DNA of 64,000 nucleotides from Gammaproteobacteria bacterium (GCA_027018875.1 JALUYA010000002.1:3386-67385), one strand, 5' to 3'. Counted from the stretch's first letter, positions 40,609-50,210 are shown. Numbers and translations: made by a program. The notes: a model not told the origin generated them from the letters alone.

Positions 40609-41346
40609 TTAGGTCAACTTTTTTCTGCGCTTTCTCATGGAATCTCCCTTGAGATTAATCTGGTAGGCGTTGTGTATGAGCCGGTCGAGGATGGCGTCAG
40701 CCAGGGTGGGATCGCCGATCAGTTCATGCCAGTTTTCGACGGGGAACTGGCTGGTTACGAGTGTGGCGCGCACGCCATAGCGGTCCTCCAGGATCTCGAG
40801 TAAATCGCGCCGATGTTCGTCCTTGAGTGCGGCGGTGCCGAAGTCATCCAGGACCAGGAGATCCGATTTGGCGAGGGCATTCATCAGCTTGGGATAACGG
40901 CCGTCCCCTTTAGCGGTGGAGAGGTCCTGGAAGAAGCGTGATACCCGCACGTAGAGGGCGTTCAGCCCATCACGACAGGCCTTGTGAGCCAGCGCACAAG
41001 CCAGCCAGCTCTTGCCGATGCCGGTGGGGCCGGTGATCAGCACATTGTGGTGGTCACGGATCCATTGCGAGGTGGCCAGTTTGGTCATCAGGGCCTTGTC
41101 CAGGCCCCGGGGATGACGGTAGTCGATGTCCTCGATGGCCGCCTGATGCCGGAGCCTGGCGCGGCGCAGCCGCGTCTGAAGGCGACGGCTGTCGCGTTCG
41201 GTCATCTCTCTGTCGGCCATCAGGCCCAGGCGCTCCTCGGTGGAGAGCGCCTCGATGTCCGGCATCTTGAGTTGTTCTTCAAAGGCGCGCGCCATACCGG
41301 TCAGGCGCAGGGCATGGAGTTTGTCCAGTGTGGGGGGTGTCAGCAT
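40609..41346 (-). CDS. istB: IS21 helper ATPase IstB
   Basis: GPTGIGKS, LVLDDFG, LADAILDRLIHNA. Confidence 0.95.
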   Translation of the reverse strand: MLTPPTLDKLHALRLTGMARAFEEQLKMPDIEALSTEERLGLMADREMTERDSRRLQTRLRRARLRHQAAIEDIDYRHPRGLDKALMTKLATSQWIRDHHNVLITGPTGIGKSWLACALAHKACRDGLNALYVRVSRFFQDLSTAKGDGRYPKLMNALAKSDLLVLDDFGTAALKDEHRRDLLEILEDRYGVRATLVTSQFPVENWHELIGDPTLADAILDRLIHNAYQINLKGDSMRKRRKKLT

Positions 41347-41363
41347 CGCTTTCTCCTTATCAG

Positions 41364-42921
41364 TCAGTGGTAATACCCGCCACCCCGGATATTGGGGTGG
41401 GCAATGGGTTTAGGGGTGGCTTCCTCCGCTTCTGGCAGCGCCTGGCGGTCGAGGCCGTTCTTGAGGATGGATTGCAGGCTTTTGTAACTGGTCGCACCTA
41501 ATCGCAGTGCCCGCTGGCAAGCGGCCTCGAGCCGTTCATCCCCATAGGACTTGCCCAGCCGCATGATCCCTAAACAGGAGCGGAAGCCCTGCTGAGGATG
41601 GGCGCGGGAAGACAGGATGGTGGCGACCACCTCGGCGGTGGCCGGCCCGGTCTTTTCCGCCCAGTGCACCAGGCGTTGAGGGGTCCAGTGTGCGTATTGC
41701 TGGTGGGCCTTGGGCATGTGCCCGGTCAGTGTGGTATGGCGCCCTTTCAGGGATGAGCGCCGATGACTGGCGACCCGCTTGTTATGGTGCAGCAGTTCCA
41801 CGGTATGCGCCGTGATGCGCACGTCCAGTTCCTGTTTCACCAGCTGGTACGGGACGGAGTAGTAATGCCCCAGCACCTCGACATGATAATCGATGTGGAC
41901 CCGGGCCTTCTTCCACTCGGCATAGGTGTAGCGTTCGGCAGGCAGGGGCTTCATGGCTGGCCGGTCCAGCTGCTCAAACAGCGCCTGGCGGCAGCCGGGC
42001 AGTTTCTTGAAGGGCTTGGTGTTTAACATATCCAGCAGTTCCCGGATGGCGGCATTGAGTTCGGGCAGAGAGAAAAAGGTGTGGTGACGCAACCGGGCCA
42101 GGATCCAACGTTCTACCAGTAAAACGCTATTTTCCACCTTGGCCTTGTCACGGGGGTGACGGACCCGGGCCGGCAGAATGGCGGTGCCATAATGATCTGA
42201 GAGATCTTCGTATGTGGCGTTCGCCTGGGGTTCATAGCGACAGGGCCGGGCAACGGCACTCTTCAGGTTATCCGGAACCAGCAATGCAGGCACGGCGCCC
42301 AGAAATTCCAGGCAGCGGATATGCGAGGCAATCCAGTCCGATAATCCCTGGGTCCAGGTGGCCTCGGCATAGGTGTAGGCGCTCGCGCCCAGGGTGGCGA
42401 CAAAGATCTGGGCCTCGCGGATCTCCCCCGTGAGCGGGTCAACCACCGGCACGGTCTGGCCAGCGTAGTCGACGAACAGTTTCTCACCCGCACGGTGATG
42501 CTGGCGCATCACCAGATCCAGCTTGCCCGCCCAGGCCCGGTAACGATCACAGAACTGGCTGTACTGCAGCCCGTCGGGATAGTCGGCCTTGTACTCCTCC
42601 CAGAGCAACAGCAGGGTCACCCCCTTGCGGGCGAGCTCCCGATGAACCTCGGCCCAATCCGGCAAAGGGCGGGCGTCACGCGCTGCTTTTGGCAAGGTGG
42701 GAAACAGCTGCGCCTCCAGTTGGCGGTCATCCCATGCTTCGGGCAGTGGCCAGCTGAGCCCGGCCATCGTCGCACGGCGCAGGTACTCCGCCACCGTGGT
42801 CGGTGACATCGACAGACTGCGGGCAATCTGCCGCCGTCCCAGACCAGCCTCCCAGACCAGCCTCCCAGGCCAGTCTCAATACTTGTCTTATCTTGCGCAT
42901 GGATTTCCTCTTATTGGCCAT
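41364..42921 (-). pseudogene. istA: IS21 transposase IstA, frameshifted near its N-terminus
   Basis: True start MANKRKSMRKIRQVLRL at 42921 is out of frame with the DDE body (FVDYAG, PDNLKS, KAKVE) because of a 13-bp duplication at 42838-42863. Confidence 0.9.
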
Positions 42922-43015
42922 GGTCCCTCCTCAAAAAAAGCGAGAAGGATGCCATAGGCGTTGTGGAAATCCCGCGTCTGTCTTCGTTCAGCCGATTCCG
43001 GTCAGCAGCGAAAAA

Positions 43016-43130
43016 CTGTCCAGTTTCAAACCGGAATCACTGTCCAGTTTGCCCCGGAATTAGTGTCCAGTTTCAGTCGGAATGGGTGTCCAGTTTGCCC
43101 CGGAATCAGTGTCCAGTTTGGACCGGAATA
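43016..43130. repeat. five degenerate ~23-bp subterminal repeats of IS21
   Basis: Repeated TGTCCAGTTT....CGGAAT units. Confidence 0.9.
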
Positions 43131-43134
43131 CGCA

Positions 43135-43239
43135 TGGTGACAGCGACGCGTATTTCTTGCATTATTTAAGTACTGCCTGCGGAATTGCTACAAACGGCGC
43201 GGTGTTTCGGCGTCCTTTGGCTTTGCTACGTCGGCTCAT
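43135..43239 (-). pseudogene. truncated island gene cut by IS21
   Basis: ATG overlapping the alpA stop reads MSRRSKAKGRRNTAPFVAIPQAVLK*CKKYASLSP, then the IS end. Confidence 0.45.
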
Positions 43240-43415
43240 GCCGCTTTTCCCTCAATGAAGCGCTCGACGTCGCTTTGGCGCCAGCGCTTCGATCGGTCGC
43301 CCACCGTGATGGGTGCGGGAAGTTTTCCGGCCTTCAGCCAGCGCCAAATCGAAGCGCGCGAGCAGCCGAAAAGATCGGCTAGCTCGCGATCTGTCAGCAA
43401 CCGTAATGTCGTCAT
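43236..43415 (-). CDS. AlpA-family regulator/excisionase (59 aa, not in ORF track)
   Basis: MTTLRLLTDRELADLFGCSRASIWRWLKAGKLPAPITVGDRSKRWRQSDVERFI. Confidence 0.85.
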   Translation of the reverse strand: MTTLRLLTDRELADLFGCSRASIWRWLKAGKLPAPITVGDRSKRWRQSDVERFIEGKAA

Positions 43416-43467
43416 TTTCGCGTCCCTTGCTTCGGTGTTTTTAGTATTGCGGGCGCAAAATTGCGAT

Positions 43468-43986
43468 TTACATTTTGTCGGATTTCCCCTTTTTCAGGAT
43501 GCGCGCTACGTGGTCGCGGGACAGGCCCAGCGCGGCGGCAATGCGTTTGACGCGCCCGTGCCGGGCGTCCTTTGCAGCAGCAGCGAGCACGCGCTCGCGG
43601 GTTTCATCGCCCTGCTTGCGGCGAGTTGCATTCGCCGATTTGACGCGCGTGCGCTTGTTCTCCGGTGCTGTAAATTGATGCTCCAGGCGGTCAAGCACGG
43701 CTTCCAGCGGCGCCTTCCCGGCCCAGCGTCCGCGCCCAGTGCGCCGGTGCCATTCCCATTGTCCGGTGTCGGGGTTTTGGATCGCGCAAGCGCCCAGCGC
43801 GTCCCGCACTTCGTCAGGCAAGCACAGGGCGCCGCCGTCGGGTTTACGCTCACTGCGGGCCTGCTCGATCAGTGCGTGCTTGCGGCTCGATAATTCGTTT
43901 TCAGACTTTGCCTGCCTGCGCATTGCGTCATTGATCGCCTTGACGCGGTCGGCATTTTCCGCCAGCAGGGTTTCACCGCAGAACAC
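43468..43986 (-). CDS. hypothetical island protein with C-terminal HTH-like segment
   Basis: 172-aa ORF co-oriented with other island genes; RIAAALGLSRDHVARIL; start uncertain. Confidence 0.5.
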   Translation of the reverse strand: MFCGETLLAENADRVKAINDAMRRQAKSENELSSRKHALIEQARSERKPDGGALCLPDEVRDALGACAIQNPDTGQWEWHRRTGRGRWAGKAPLEAVLDRLEHQFTAPENKRTRVKSANATRRKQGDETRERVLAAAAKDARHGRVKRIAAALGLSRDHVARILKKGKSDKM

Positions 43987-44049
43987 GCGCTAGCCGTGCG
44001 GCGTTTTTTCGGGGCGTAGCGGCTTGCTCACCGCAGGCGCACCACGGCT

Positions 44050-44379
44050 TTATCCGTTCACCGCGCGCGGCGTGGGGATGCGCTTTACCTCGGCGGCCAT
44101 GCGTCGCTCGGCTTCCCAAAGGTCATGCTCGGCCTGCATCCTGAGCCACAGGCCGGGGCCGTTACCGGCGAGCTTGCCGAGTCGTACGGCCATGTCGGGC
44201 GAGACGCCTATCGTGCCCGCCAGCAGGCGGTGCAGGGTCTGCCGACTCACGCGCAAAAGGCGCGCCGCCTCGCTGACCGAAAGCCCAAGCGCGGGCAGCA
44301 CGTCCTCGCGCACGACCTCGCCCGGATGCGTCGGGCGCATCCGGGGCCGCTCCTTCACGAAATACTCCTGCTTGCTCAT
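44050..44379 (-). CDS. higA: HigA-family antitoxin
   Basis: HPGEVVREDVL..SRQTL..SPDMAVRL..WLRMQAEHDL. Confidence 0.9.
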   Translation of the reverse strand: MSKQEYFVKERPRMRPTHPGEVVREDVLPALGLSVSEAARLLRVSRQTLHRLLAGTIGVSPDMAVRLGKLAGNGPGLWLRMQAEHDLWEAERRMAAEVKRIPTPRAVNG

Positions 44380-44390
44380 TGCCTCGTTCC

Positions 44391-44666
44391 TCAGTGATAC
44401 TGTTCAAGGTCCACGCGCCATGCGTCGCCCTCGCGCCACTCGAAGGTGATCCGCCACGGGTCGTTAACGGCGATCGCGTAACGCTCCGGCTTGCCGTGCA
44501 GCGGATGAAAGCCCAAGCCCGGCACTCGCAAGTCTTCAAGCCCGCGTGCCTGCCTTAGCACGCTCAGACGCGACCGACAACGTTCCACAAGGTCCGGGCG
44601 GATTCCGCGCGGGGCATCGTCGTTAAACAGCACCGCTAACCCCTTGTGGCGGAAACTTCTAATCAC
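44391..44666 (-). CDS. higB: HigB-family (RelE-like) toxin
   Basis: MIRSFRHKGL..FHPLHG..VNDPWRITFEW..VDLEQYH; toxin gene precedes the antitoxin gene. Confidence 0.9.
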   Translation of the reverse strand: MIRSFRHKGLAVLFNDDAPRGIRPDLVERCRSRLSVLRQARGLEDLRVPGLGFHPLHGKPERYAIAVNDPWRITFEWREGDAWRVDLEQYH

Positions 44667-44721
44667 TGCGACACTGTAACACGGTATGCGACGTATGTAA
44701 ACGACCTTATTACAGGTGCCA

Positions 44722-45930
44722 TTAGCGCAGCGCCACCACGGTTGCCGTCTCGGGCCTGCCGATAATCTCGGCCACCTTGCGCCCGAGTGCTTCCAGCGCG
44801 CGGCGTTTCTCGGCGGCGTAGGCGTGGCGGTCGTAAATCCCTGTCATGGAAGCGTCCACGTGGCCCAGCACGCGGGCAATGACAAACCAGCTTACTCCAG
44901 CCTCGCCCATCAGCGTTGCCGCCGTGCGGCGCAGGTCATGCACGGTGTAATCGGCCGTGCGGATGCGTGTCAGCGCGCGGGTGATTGCCGCCGGGCGGAT
45001 CGGCCCGTGCAGACTCGGGTTCGGCAGCAGCCAGCGCGTCTTGCCCGTGAGTTCGCGCAGGCGCGCGAGCGTTTCCAGTGCCAGCGGCGACAAGGGCACC
45101 ACATGCGCCGTGCCGGTCTTGACGTGTTCGCTCGGAATGCTCCAGGCATCGCCGTCTATTTCGTACCATGCGGCGACTGCCAGTGATCCGCGCCGTTGTG
45201 CGGTCAGCATCAGCAGACGGATTGCCAATGCGACCGGTTCGCTGACGCCCGCGTGCGTTTCCGTTGCCTCCCACAAGCCGCGAATCTCGGCCGGGGTCAA
45301 CGTACGCTCACGCCGCACCTTTTTTGCGTACCGTGGCAATTCCTGACACGGGTTCGCTTCGAGCCGCCCGCGCCTGACCGCAAAACGAAAGGCGGCCAGC
45401 AGCACGCCTCCGGCATGATCCGCCACGCTGGCACTCGCCGAGTCGGCCACGCGATCCATTGCCGCTACAACGCTCGAACGGCTTAACTCGCGGGCCTTCA
45501 ATCGCCCGCAGACAGGCTTCAGATTCACTTCGATCAGGCGCTGAAACTCTTTGACGGTCGCCGGTCGGCAGTGCTTGGTGACGTGGCGGGTCATGTATTC
45601 GTCCAGAATATCGCCCACGGTCGGCGCGGTGCGCTTCGCCCGAAACGCATCGCGGCGCGTCTCGCGTTTCTCGGCCGCTTTCTCGGCCGGATCGGTGCCG
45701 GTCTCGCGTAGTGCCTTGGCTTCGGCCAGGCGTCGGCGGGCCTCGGTCAGGCGCATGTGCGGCCACTCGCCCAGCGTGAACACGCGCTGCGTGCTCCCAG
45801 GATCACGATAGCGCCACAGGTAGGCTTTGCGCCCGGACGGGTACACGCGGATACGCAGGCCGCCGGGTTCGCTTTTTTCGTAGCGGGTTTTCCTCGGTTT
45901 CAGGGTCTCGATTTGCCGATTCGTGAACAT
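44722..45930 (-). CDS. tyrosine integrase (P4-like, with arm-binding domain)
   Basis: GLRIRV.PSGRK..WRYR arm domain; QRR, KTG, HDLRRT, LGH, IYD catalytic residues present. Confidence 0.93.
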   Translation of the reverse strand: MFTNRQIETLKPRKTRYEKSEPGGLRIRVYPSGRKAYLWRYRDPGSTQRVFTLGEWPHMRLTEARRRLAEAKALRETGTDPAEKAAEKRETRRDAFRAKRTAPTVGDILDEYMTRHVTKHCRPATVKEFQRLIEVNLKPVCGRLKARELSRSSVVAAMDRVADSASASVADHAGGVLLAAFRFAVRRGRLEANPCQELPRYAKKVRRERTLTPAEIRGLWEATETHAGVSEPVALAIRLLMLTAQRRGSLAVAAWYEIDGDAWSIPSEHVKTGTAHVVPLSPLALETLARLRELTGKTRWLLPNPSLHGPIRPAAITRALTRIRTADYTVHDLRRTAATLMGEAGVSWFVIARVLGHVDASMTGIYDRHAYAAEKRRALEALGRKVAEIIGRPETATVVALR

Positions 45931-46114
45931 CGTTTTCGCCTCCGGTTTTTGTTACCCCAAGCGCTCGGGGTAAACACTGGGGTAAACAAATATACTGCGT
46001 TTGCCTGTTACCCTCTTGAGACAAGTTTAGACGAAAACATACGATATAGCAAGGTGTTACGGGGTTTGAGTCGCCTTATTTTGAGACGTGATAAGTCGTT
46101 GTTTTACCGTGGAA

Positions 46115-46166
46115 TACCTGGCTATGAACCAGGTGGTCGGGAGTTCGAATCTCTCCGGGCGTGCCA
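46115..46166 (+). repeat. attR: copy of the tRNA-Arg 3' part
   Basis: Matches 39690-39741 except C>T at 46125 and 46162. Confidence 0.93.
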
Positions 46167-46814
46167 ATAAAATCAAGAATTTATATGGGTTCGGCGGCTT
46201 TCATGGCCGCCGTTTCCATTTTGAGGTAAACGAATGCGAAAGTTCAAACCGTGCTCGGTCCCGCGGCGTCGATGGCCATTGTCCGGGATCGGCTTAACAA
46301 CCGGTGGGGTTTCCGGATCGAAGCCCAGGCCGATATTTACGCCGGAGTGGCCCAGGTCGTTCGGTTGCCCCTGGTGGAATTATCCCTGTGCTATCAGGGG
46401 ATTTAATTTTTACTGTCATGCCGGTAAGTAATGGCTATGCATAGGTGCTCATTACCCGCGGGAAGCGCTACCGCCGCCTGCTCAGTGCAACCGGCGTTTA
46501 AGTCGGTCCAAGCGCGGCACGCATGAGGCAGAACACGGTATCACTTTCAGGACCAACCAAGCCCAGTAGTCAGTAACACAGGAGCCCCTAAAGGTTGCAT
46601 CAGTGAAGGCAATGGCACACAGGTCGCACCGCGACGGGTCAAACCCGAGGAATCTCTCGAACCTCGAGTTCGTTATTCAGATTGGATCCCGTCGGCGCAT
46701 ATCATGGAGGCCAGGCGCAACCCGCGCCATCAACAGGCCGGATGTAAGAGCGCAACCACTTCCTGTTCGCTGTCCCCCTTCACTTGCAAAACGGGCGGCG
46801 TCCATGTAAAAAGG

Positions 46815-46974
46815 TTCCCTAAGCTTAACATCTTGACCTTGCCTACGAATGATAACGGAAACGCCACAGTTTCGAGCCATTCGGCCTAACCTCCGATACA
46901 CGGCCCAAGGTATCGGCCACGCGATACAGCAGGATTCGTGGATCCAGGTTTCGCAGCCTGGTATCGGTTAACAT
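46815..46974 (-). pseudogene. degenerate P4-like integrase N-terminus next to tRNA-Leu
   Basis: MLTDTRLRNLDPRILLYRVAD..EVRPNGSKLWRFRY, then a frameshift to FVGKVKMLSLG. Confidence 0.7.
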
Positions 46975-47088
46975 AATAAATACCGTCTGTGAGTATCTTT
47001 CCGGATTTCTACCGTATTTCAGCGACCATACCGACAAAGATTCTTACAGCGTCTTTGGGCTGTCAAGGAACGGCCTGAAACAGGTTTA

Positions 47089-47175
47089 TGGTGCCGAGGA
47101 GAGGACTCGAACCTCCACGGGGTTACCCCCACTAGCACCTGAAGCTAGCGCGTCTACCAATTCCGCCACCTCGGC
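47089..47175 (-). tRNA. tRNA-Leu(CAG)
   Basis: GCCGAGGTGGCGGAATTGGTAGACGCG..TTCAGGT..long variable arm..GGTTCGAGTCC..CGGCACCA, 87 nt. Confidence 0.96.
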
Positions 47176-47208
47176 CAAGCAGCGCATTTTCCACAATTTA
47201 TAGAGTCA

Positions 47209-49482
47209 TTGTCAATGATAGTCCGAAAACAGAACTCATCCCAGCCGCAGCCGGGTTGGCGGTACTGGCGCGAACAAGACCCGGAGCATGCCTCCGAGGC
47301 CGAGCGTTACGCGCATCCCATTCCCAGCCGGGGTTATTTGCGCCGCTATTTCGAGGCCCAGGCCAGCCCGATGCCCCAGGTACGGGTAGCGGCCGATTTT
47401 GGGCTCGAAGGCGAGGCCGGACAGGCCCTGACCTATCGGCTCGAGGCAATGGTCAGGGCGGGGGATCTGATCCGGAACCGGAGGGATGAATACTGTCTGA
47501 CTCAACGGTTGCCGGTGAAGGTTGGAACGGTGCTGGCCCACCGGGATGGCTACGGTTTTTTGAGCTCCGACGATGCCGGCGAGGATATTTTTCTGCCCCC
47601 GCGCAGCATGCGTTCGTTGATGCATGGCGATCGCGCCGCGGTACGGGTGCAGAAGAATCCGGATGGGCGGTTCGAGGGTCGATTGGTCGAGGTGCTGGAG
47701 CGTTCCCATCGGCATGTGGCGGGCGAGTTCTACCGGGAACATGGGCTGTGCTTTGTTCGCCCGGACGACCCGCACATCGGCGCGGATATCCTGGTTCCGC
47801 CCGAGTGTTGCGGCAAGGCACAGCCGGGTGAAATGATCACGGTGGAATTGACCGCTTATCCCGATCGGCGCGGGCCGGCGGTAGGGCGGGTAGTCGAGGT
47901 ACTGGGGCCACGCGAGAAGCCGGGTATGGCGGTGGAACTTGCCATTCGCAACCACGATCTGCCCCATGTCTGGCCCACGGAGGTCATTGAGCAGGCGGCC
48001 CAGATCCCCGAGGGAGTGTGTGAATCGGAGCGGCGGGGAAGAAGGGATCTGTGCGATTTCCCGTTCGTTACGATCGACGGCGAGGATGCGCGTGATTTTG
48101 ATGATGCGCTTTGCTGCCGACCCGAGGGCGAGGGATTCCGGCTCTTCGTTGCAATTGCCGATGTGGCGCATTATGTGGGCCCGGGAAGCGCAATCGACGC
48201 AGAGGCGCACCGCCGGGGTAATTCGGTGTATTTTCCCCAGCGGGTTTTGCCGATGCTGCCCGAGGTGCTCTCCAATGGGCTCTGTTCGCTCAACCCGGAA
48301 GTGGATCGGTTGTGCCTGGTGGCCGAGCTCAGGATCGATCCGGCGGGGAAGGTGTCTCGCAGCCGGTTCTATCCCGCGGTGATCCACTCGCAGGCCCGGC
48401 TAACCTATACCGAGGTTGCCGCGATTCTCGTGGCCGGGGACAAGGCGGCCCGGGCCCGGCGCCGCTCGCTTTTGCCTCATCTCGAGGCGCTTCATGGCGT
48501 TTATCGGGCCTTGGCCGAGGCGCGTTCCCGGCGGGGTGCGATCGACTTCGATTCGGTCGAGACCAGGTTCGTGTTCGATACCGCCGGGCGGGTCCAGGCA
48601 CTGCGTCCCATAGTGCGCAATGAAGCCCACCGACTGGTCGAGGAGAGCATGATTGCCGCCAACAGCGCGGCGGCGAGGCATTTGATCCGGGCCGGAATTC
48701 CCGCGATCTACCGGGCGCATGAGCGACCGCCGAGCGACCGCTTGGCCGAATTGCGCGATTTCTTGGCGCCGCATGGACTTAGCCTCGGCGGTGGGGATCA
48801 TCCCGAACCCCGGCACTATTCCAAACTTCTCAAGGCCGTTGCCGTACGCCCCGACCGGTTGCGGGTCGAGACCATGCTGTTGCGCTCGCTGGCCCAGGCG
48901 GTCTATCAACCCAAGTCCATTGGCCATTTTGGCTTGGCGCTTGAACACTATACGCATTTCACTTCGCCGATCCGGCGCTATCCCGACCTGGTCGTGCACC
49001 GGGCGCTGAAACACCTCGCCGAGGGGCACGGGGCCGAAGGCTTTGCGTATGGATTTGAGCGTCTCGAGGCCTTGGGGCGGCACTGTTCGGCCACCGAGCG
49101 CCGGGCCGACGAGGCAACCCGCGAGGCCGCGGATACACTCAAGGCCGAGTTCATGAGCGAGCGGGTCGGGGAGGAATTCGATGGCGTGGTCACGGGAGTC
49201 ACGGGCTTTGGCCTGTTCGTGCAGCTCGAAGGGCTGTACCTTGAGGGGTTGGTTCATGTCTCCACCTTGGCGTCGGATTACTACGTGTTCGATGCCCGGG
49301 TGCATCGCCTGCGGGGAGAGCATTCGGGGGCCAGTTATGGCATTGGCGACCCCCTGCGGGTCGTGGTTACCCGGGTGAGCATCAATGAACGCAAAATTGA
49401 TCTCGCCCCCGCCGGGGAATCAAAACGGACGGCGGGATCCGGGGGCACGGGTCGCGGCAGAAGAAGAGGGCGGCGGAAGTGA
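47209..49482 (+). CDS. rnr: ribonuclease R
   Basis: HRDGYGF, TIDGEDARDFDDA, HFTSPIRRYPDL, C-terminal S1 domain. Confidence 0.96.
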   Translation: MSMIVRKQNSSQPQPGWRYWREQDPEHASEAERYAHPIPSRGYLRRYFEAQASPMPQVRVAADFGLEGEAGQALTYRLEAMVRAGDLIRNRRDEYCLTQRLPVKVGTVLAHRDGYGFLSSDDAGEDIFLPPRSMRSLMHGDRAAVRVQKNPDGRFEGRLVEVLERSHRHVAGEFYREHGLCFVRPDDPHIGADILVPPECCGKAQPGEMITVELTAYPDRRGPAVGRVVEVLGPREKPGMAVELAIRNHDLPHVWPTEVIEQAAQIPEGVCESERRGRRDLCDFPFVTIDGEDARDFDDALCCRPEGEGFRLFVAIADVAHYVGPGSAIDAEAHRRGNSVYFPQRVLPMLPEVLSNGLCSLNPEVDRLCLVAELRIDPAGKVSRSRFYPAVIHSQARLTYTEVAAILVAGDKAARARRRSLLPHLEALHGVYRALAEARSRRGAIDFDSVETRFVFDTAGRVQALRPIVRNEAHRLVEESMIAANSAAARHLIRAGIPAIYRAHERPPSDRLAELRDFLAPHGLSLGGGDHPEPRHYSKLLKAVAVRPDRLRVETMLLRSLAQAVYQPKSIGHFGLALEHYTHFTSPIRRYPDLVVHRALKHLAEGHGAEGFAYGFERLEALGRHCSATERRADEATREAADTLKAEFMSERVGEEFDGVVTGVTGFGLFVQLEGLYLEGLVHVSTLASDYYVFDARVHRLRGEHSGASYGIGDPLRVVVTRVSINERKIDLAPAGESKRTAGSGGTGRGRRRGRRK

Positions 49483-50210
49483 ACCGGGTCTGTGGCCTGC
49501 ATTCCGTGCGCCTTGCCCTGGAACGGGGGCAGGTGCGGCGGTTATTGCTCGCGCGCCGGCGCAAGGATAAACGCTTGACCGGGTTGCGTGATATGGCGGC
49601 CGCGAAAGGCGTCGCCGTGTTGGAGCGGGAGGCAGGGGAACTGGATCGCCTGGCCGCAGGGGTGCGCCATCAGGGTGCCGTGGCCGAGATCGAAGGCGCG
49701 GCGCCGCTGAGCGAGAACCAACTGGAAACCTGGCTGTATGAGGCCCGTGAGCCCCTGGTGTTGGTGCTCGACGGGGTCCAGGATCCACGCAATCTCGGTG
49801 CCTGTCTGCGCGCGGCGGATGGCGCCGGGGTGGATGCCGTAGTGCTGCCGCGGCGGCGGGCGACGGGATTGACTCCCGCGGCGCGCAAGACCGCGAGCGG
49901 TGCCGCCGAGGCGATGCGGCTGTTCACGGTCACCAACCTGGCCCGTTCGCTCGGTACCCTGGGCGAGGCTGGCGTGCTGCGGGTCGGCGCCGTCGCCGCG
50001 GGCGGGGTCCCGCCCTGGGATCTGGATCTGCAGGGTCCGCTGGCCCTGGTGCTCGGTGCCGAGGCGGGTGGGCTGCGCCGCCTTACCCGGGAGCATCTCG
50101 ATGCCCGCGTTACGTTGCCCATGGGCGGGGTCGTGGAGAGTCTCAATGTCGCGGTAGCCTGCGGCGTAGTGTTGTATGAGGCGAGGCGCCAAAGAGGTCG
50201 GGAAACATGA
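49479..50210 (+). CDS. rlmB: 23S rRNA Gm2251 methyltransferase
   Basis: LDGVQDPRNLGACLR, GAE..GLRRLTRE, ESLNVAVA. Confidence 0.95.
   Translation: MNRVCGLHSVRLALERGQVRRLLLARRRKDKRLTGLRDMAAAKGVAVLEREAGELDRLAAGVRHQGAVAEIEGAAPLSENQLETWLYEAREPLVLVLDGVQDPRNLGACLRAADGAGVDAVVLPRRRATGLTPAARKTASGAAEAMRLFTVTNLARSLGTLGEAGVLRVGAVAAGGVPPWDLDLQGPLALVLGAEAGGLRRLTREHLDARVTLPMGGVVESLNVAVACGVVLYEARRQRGRET

Larger units (their letters stand above)
40441..43134 (-). mobile_element. IS21-family insertion sequence (2694 bp)
   Basis: Terminal IRs TGCGCATTCCGG (40441) and TGCGTATTCCGG (reverse, 43134), arrays of ~23-bp subterminal repeats, istAB. Confidence 0.95.
39690..46166. mobile_element. integrative island (satellite-like, decayed) at tRNA-Arg, bounded by 52-bp direct repeats
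   Basis: 39690-39741 vs 46115-46166 identical at 50/52; integrase adjacent to the right repeat. Confidence 0.9.

Noticed and set aside
46115-46166. A tRNA with anticodon ATG
   Set aside because: It lacks the 5' acceptor strand and D-arm; it is the att duplication of tRNA-Arg.
47236-49323. 383-aa and 307-aa minus-strand ORFs
   Set aside because: Antisense to rnr.
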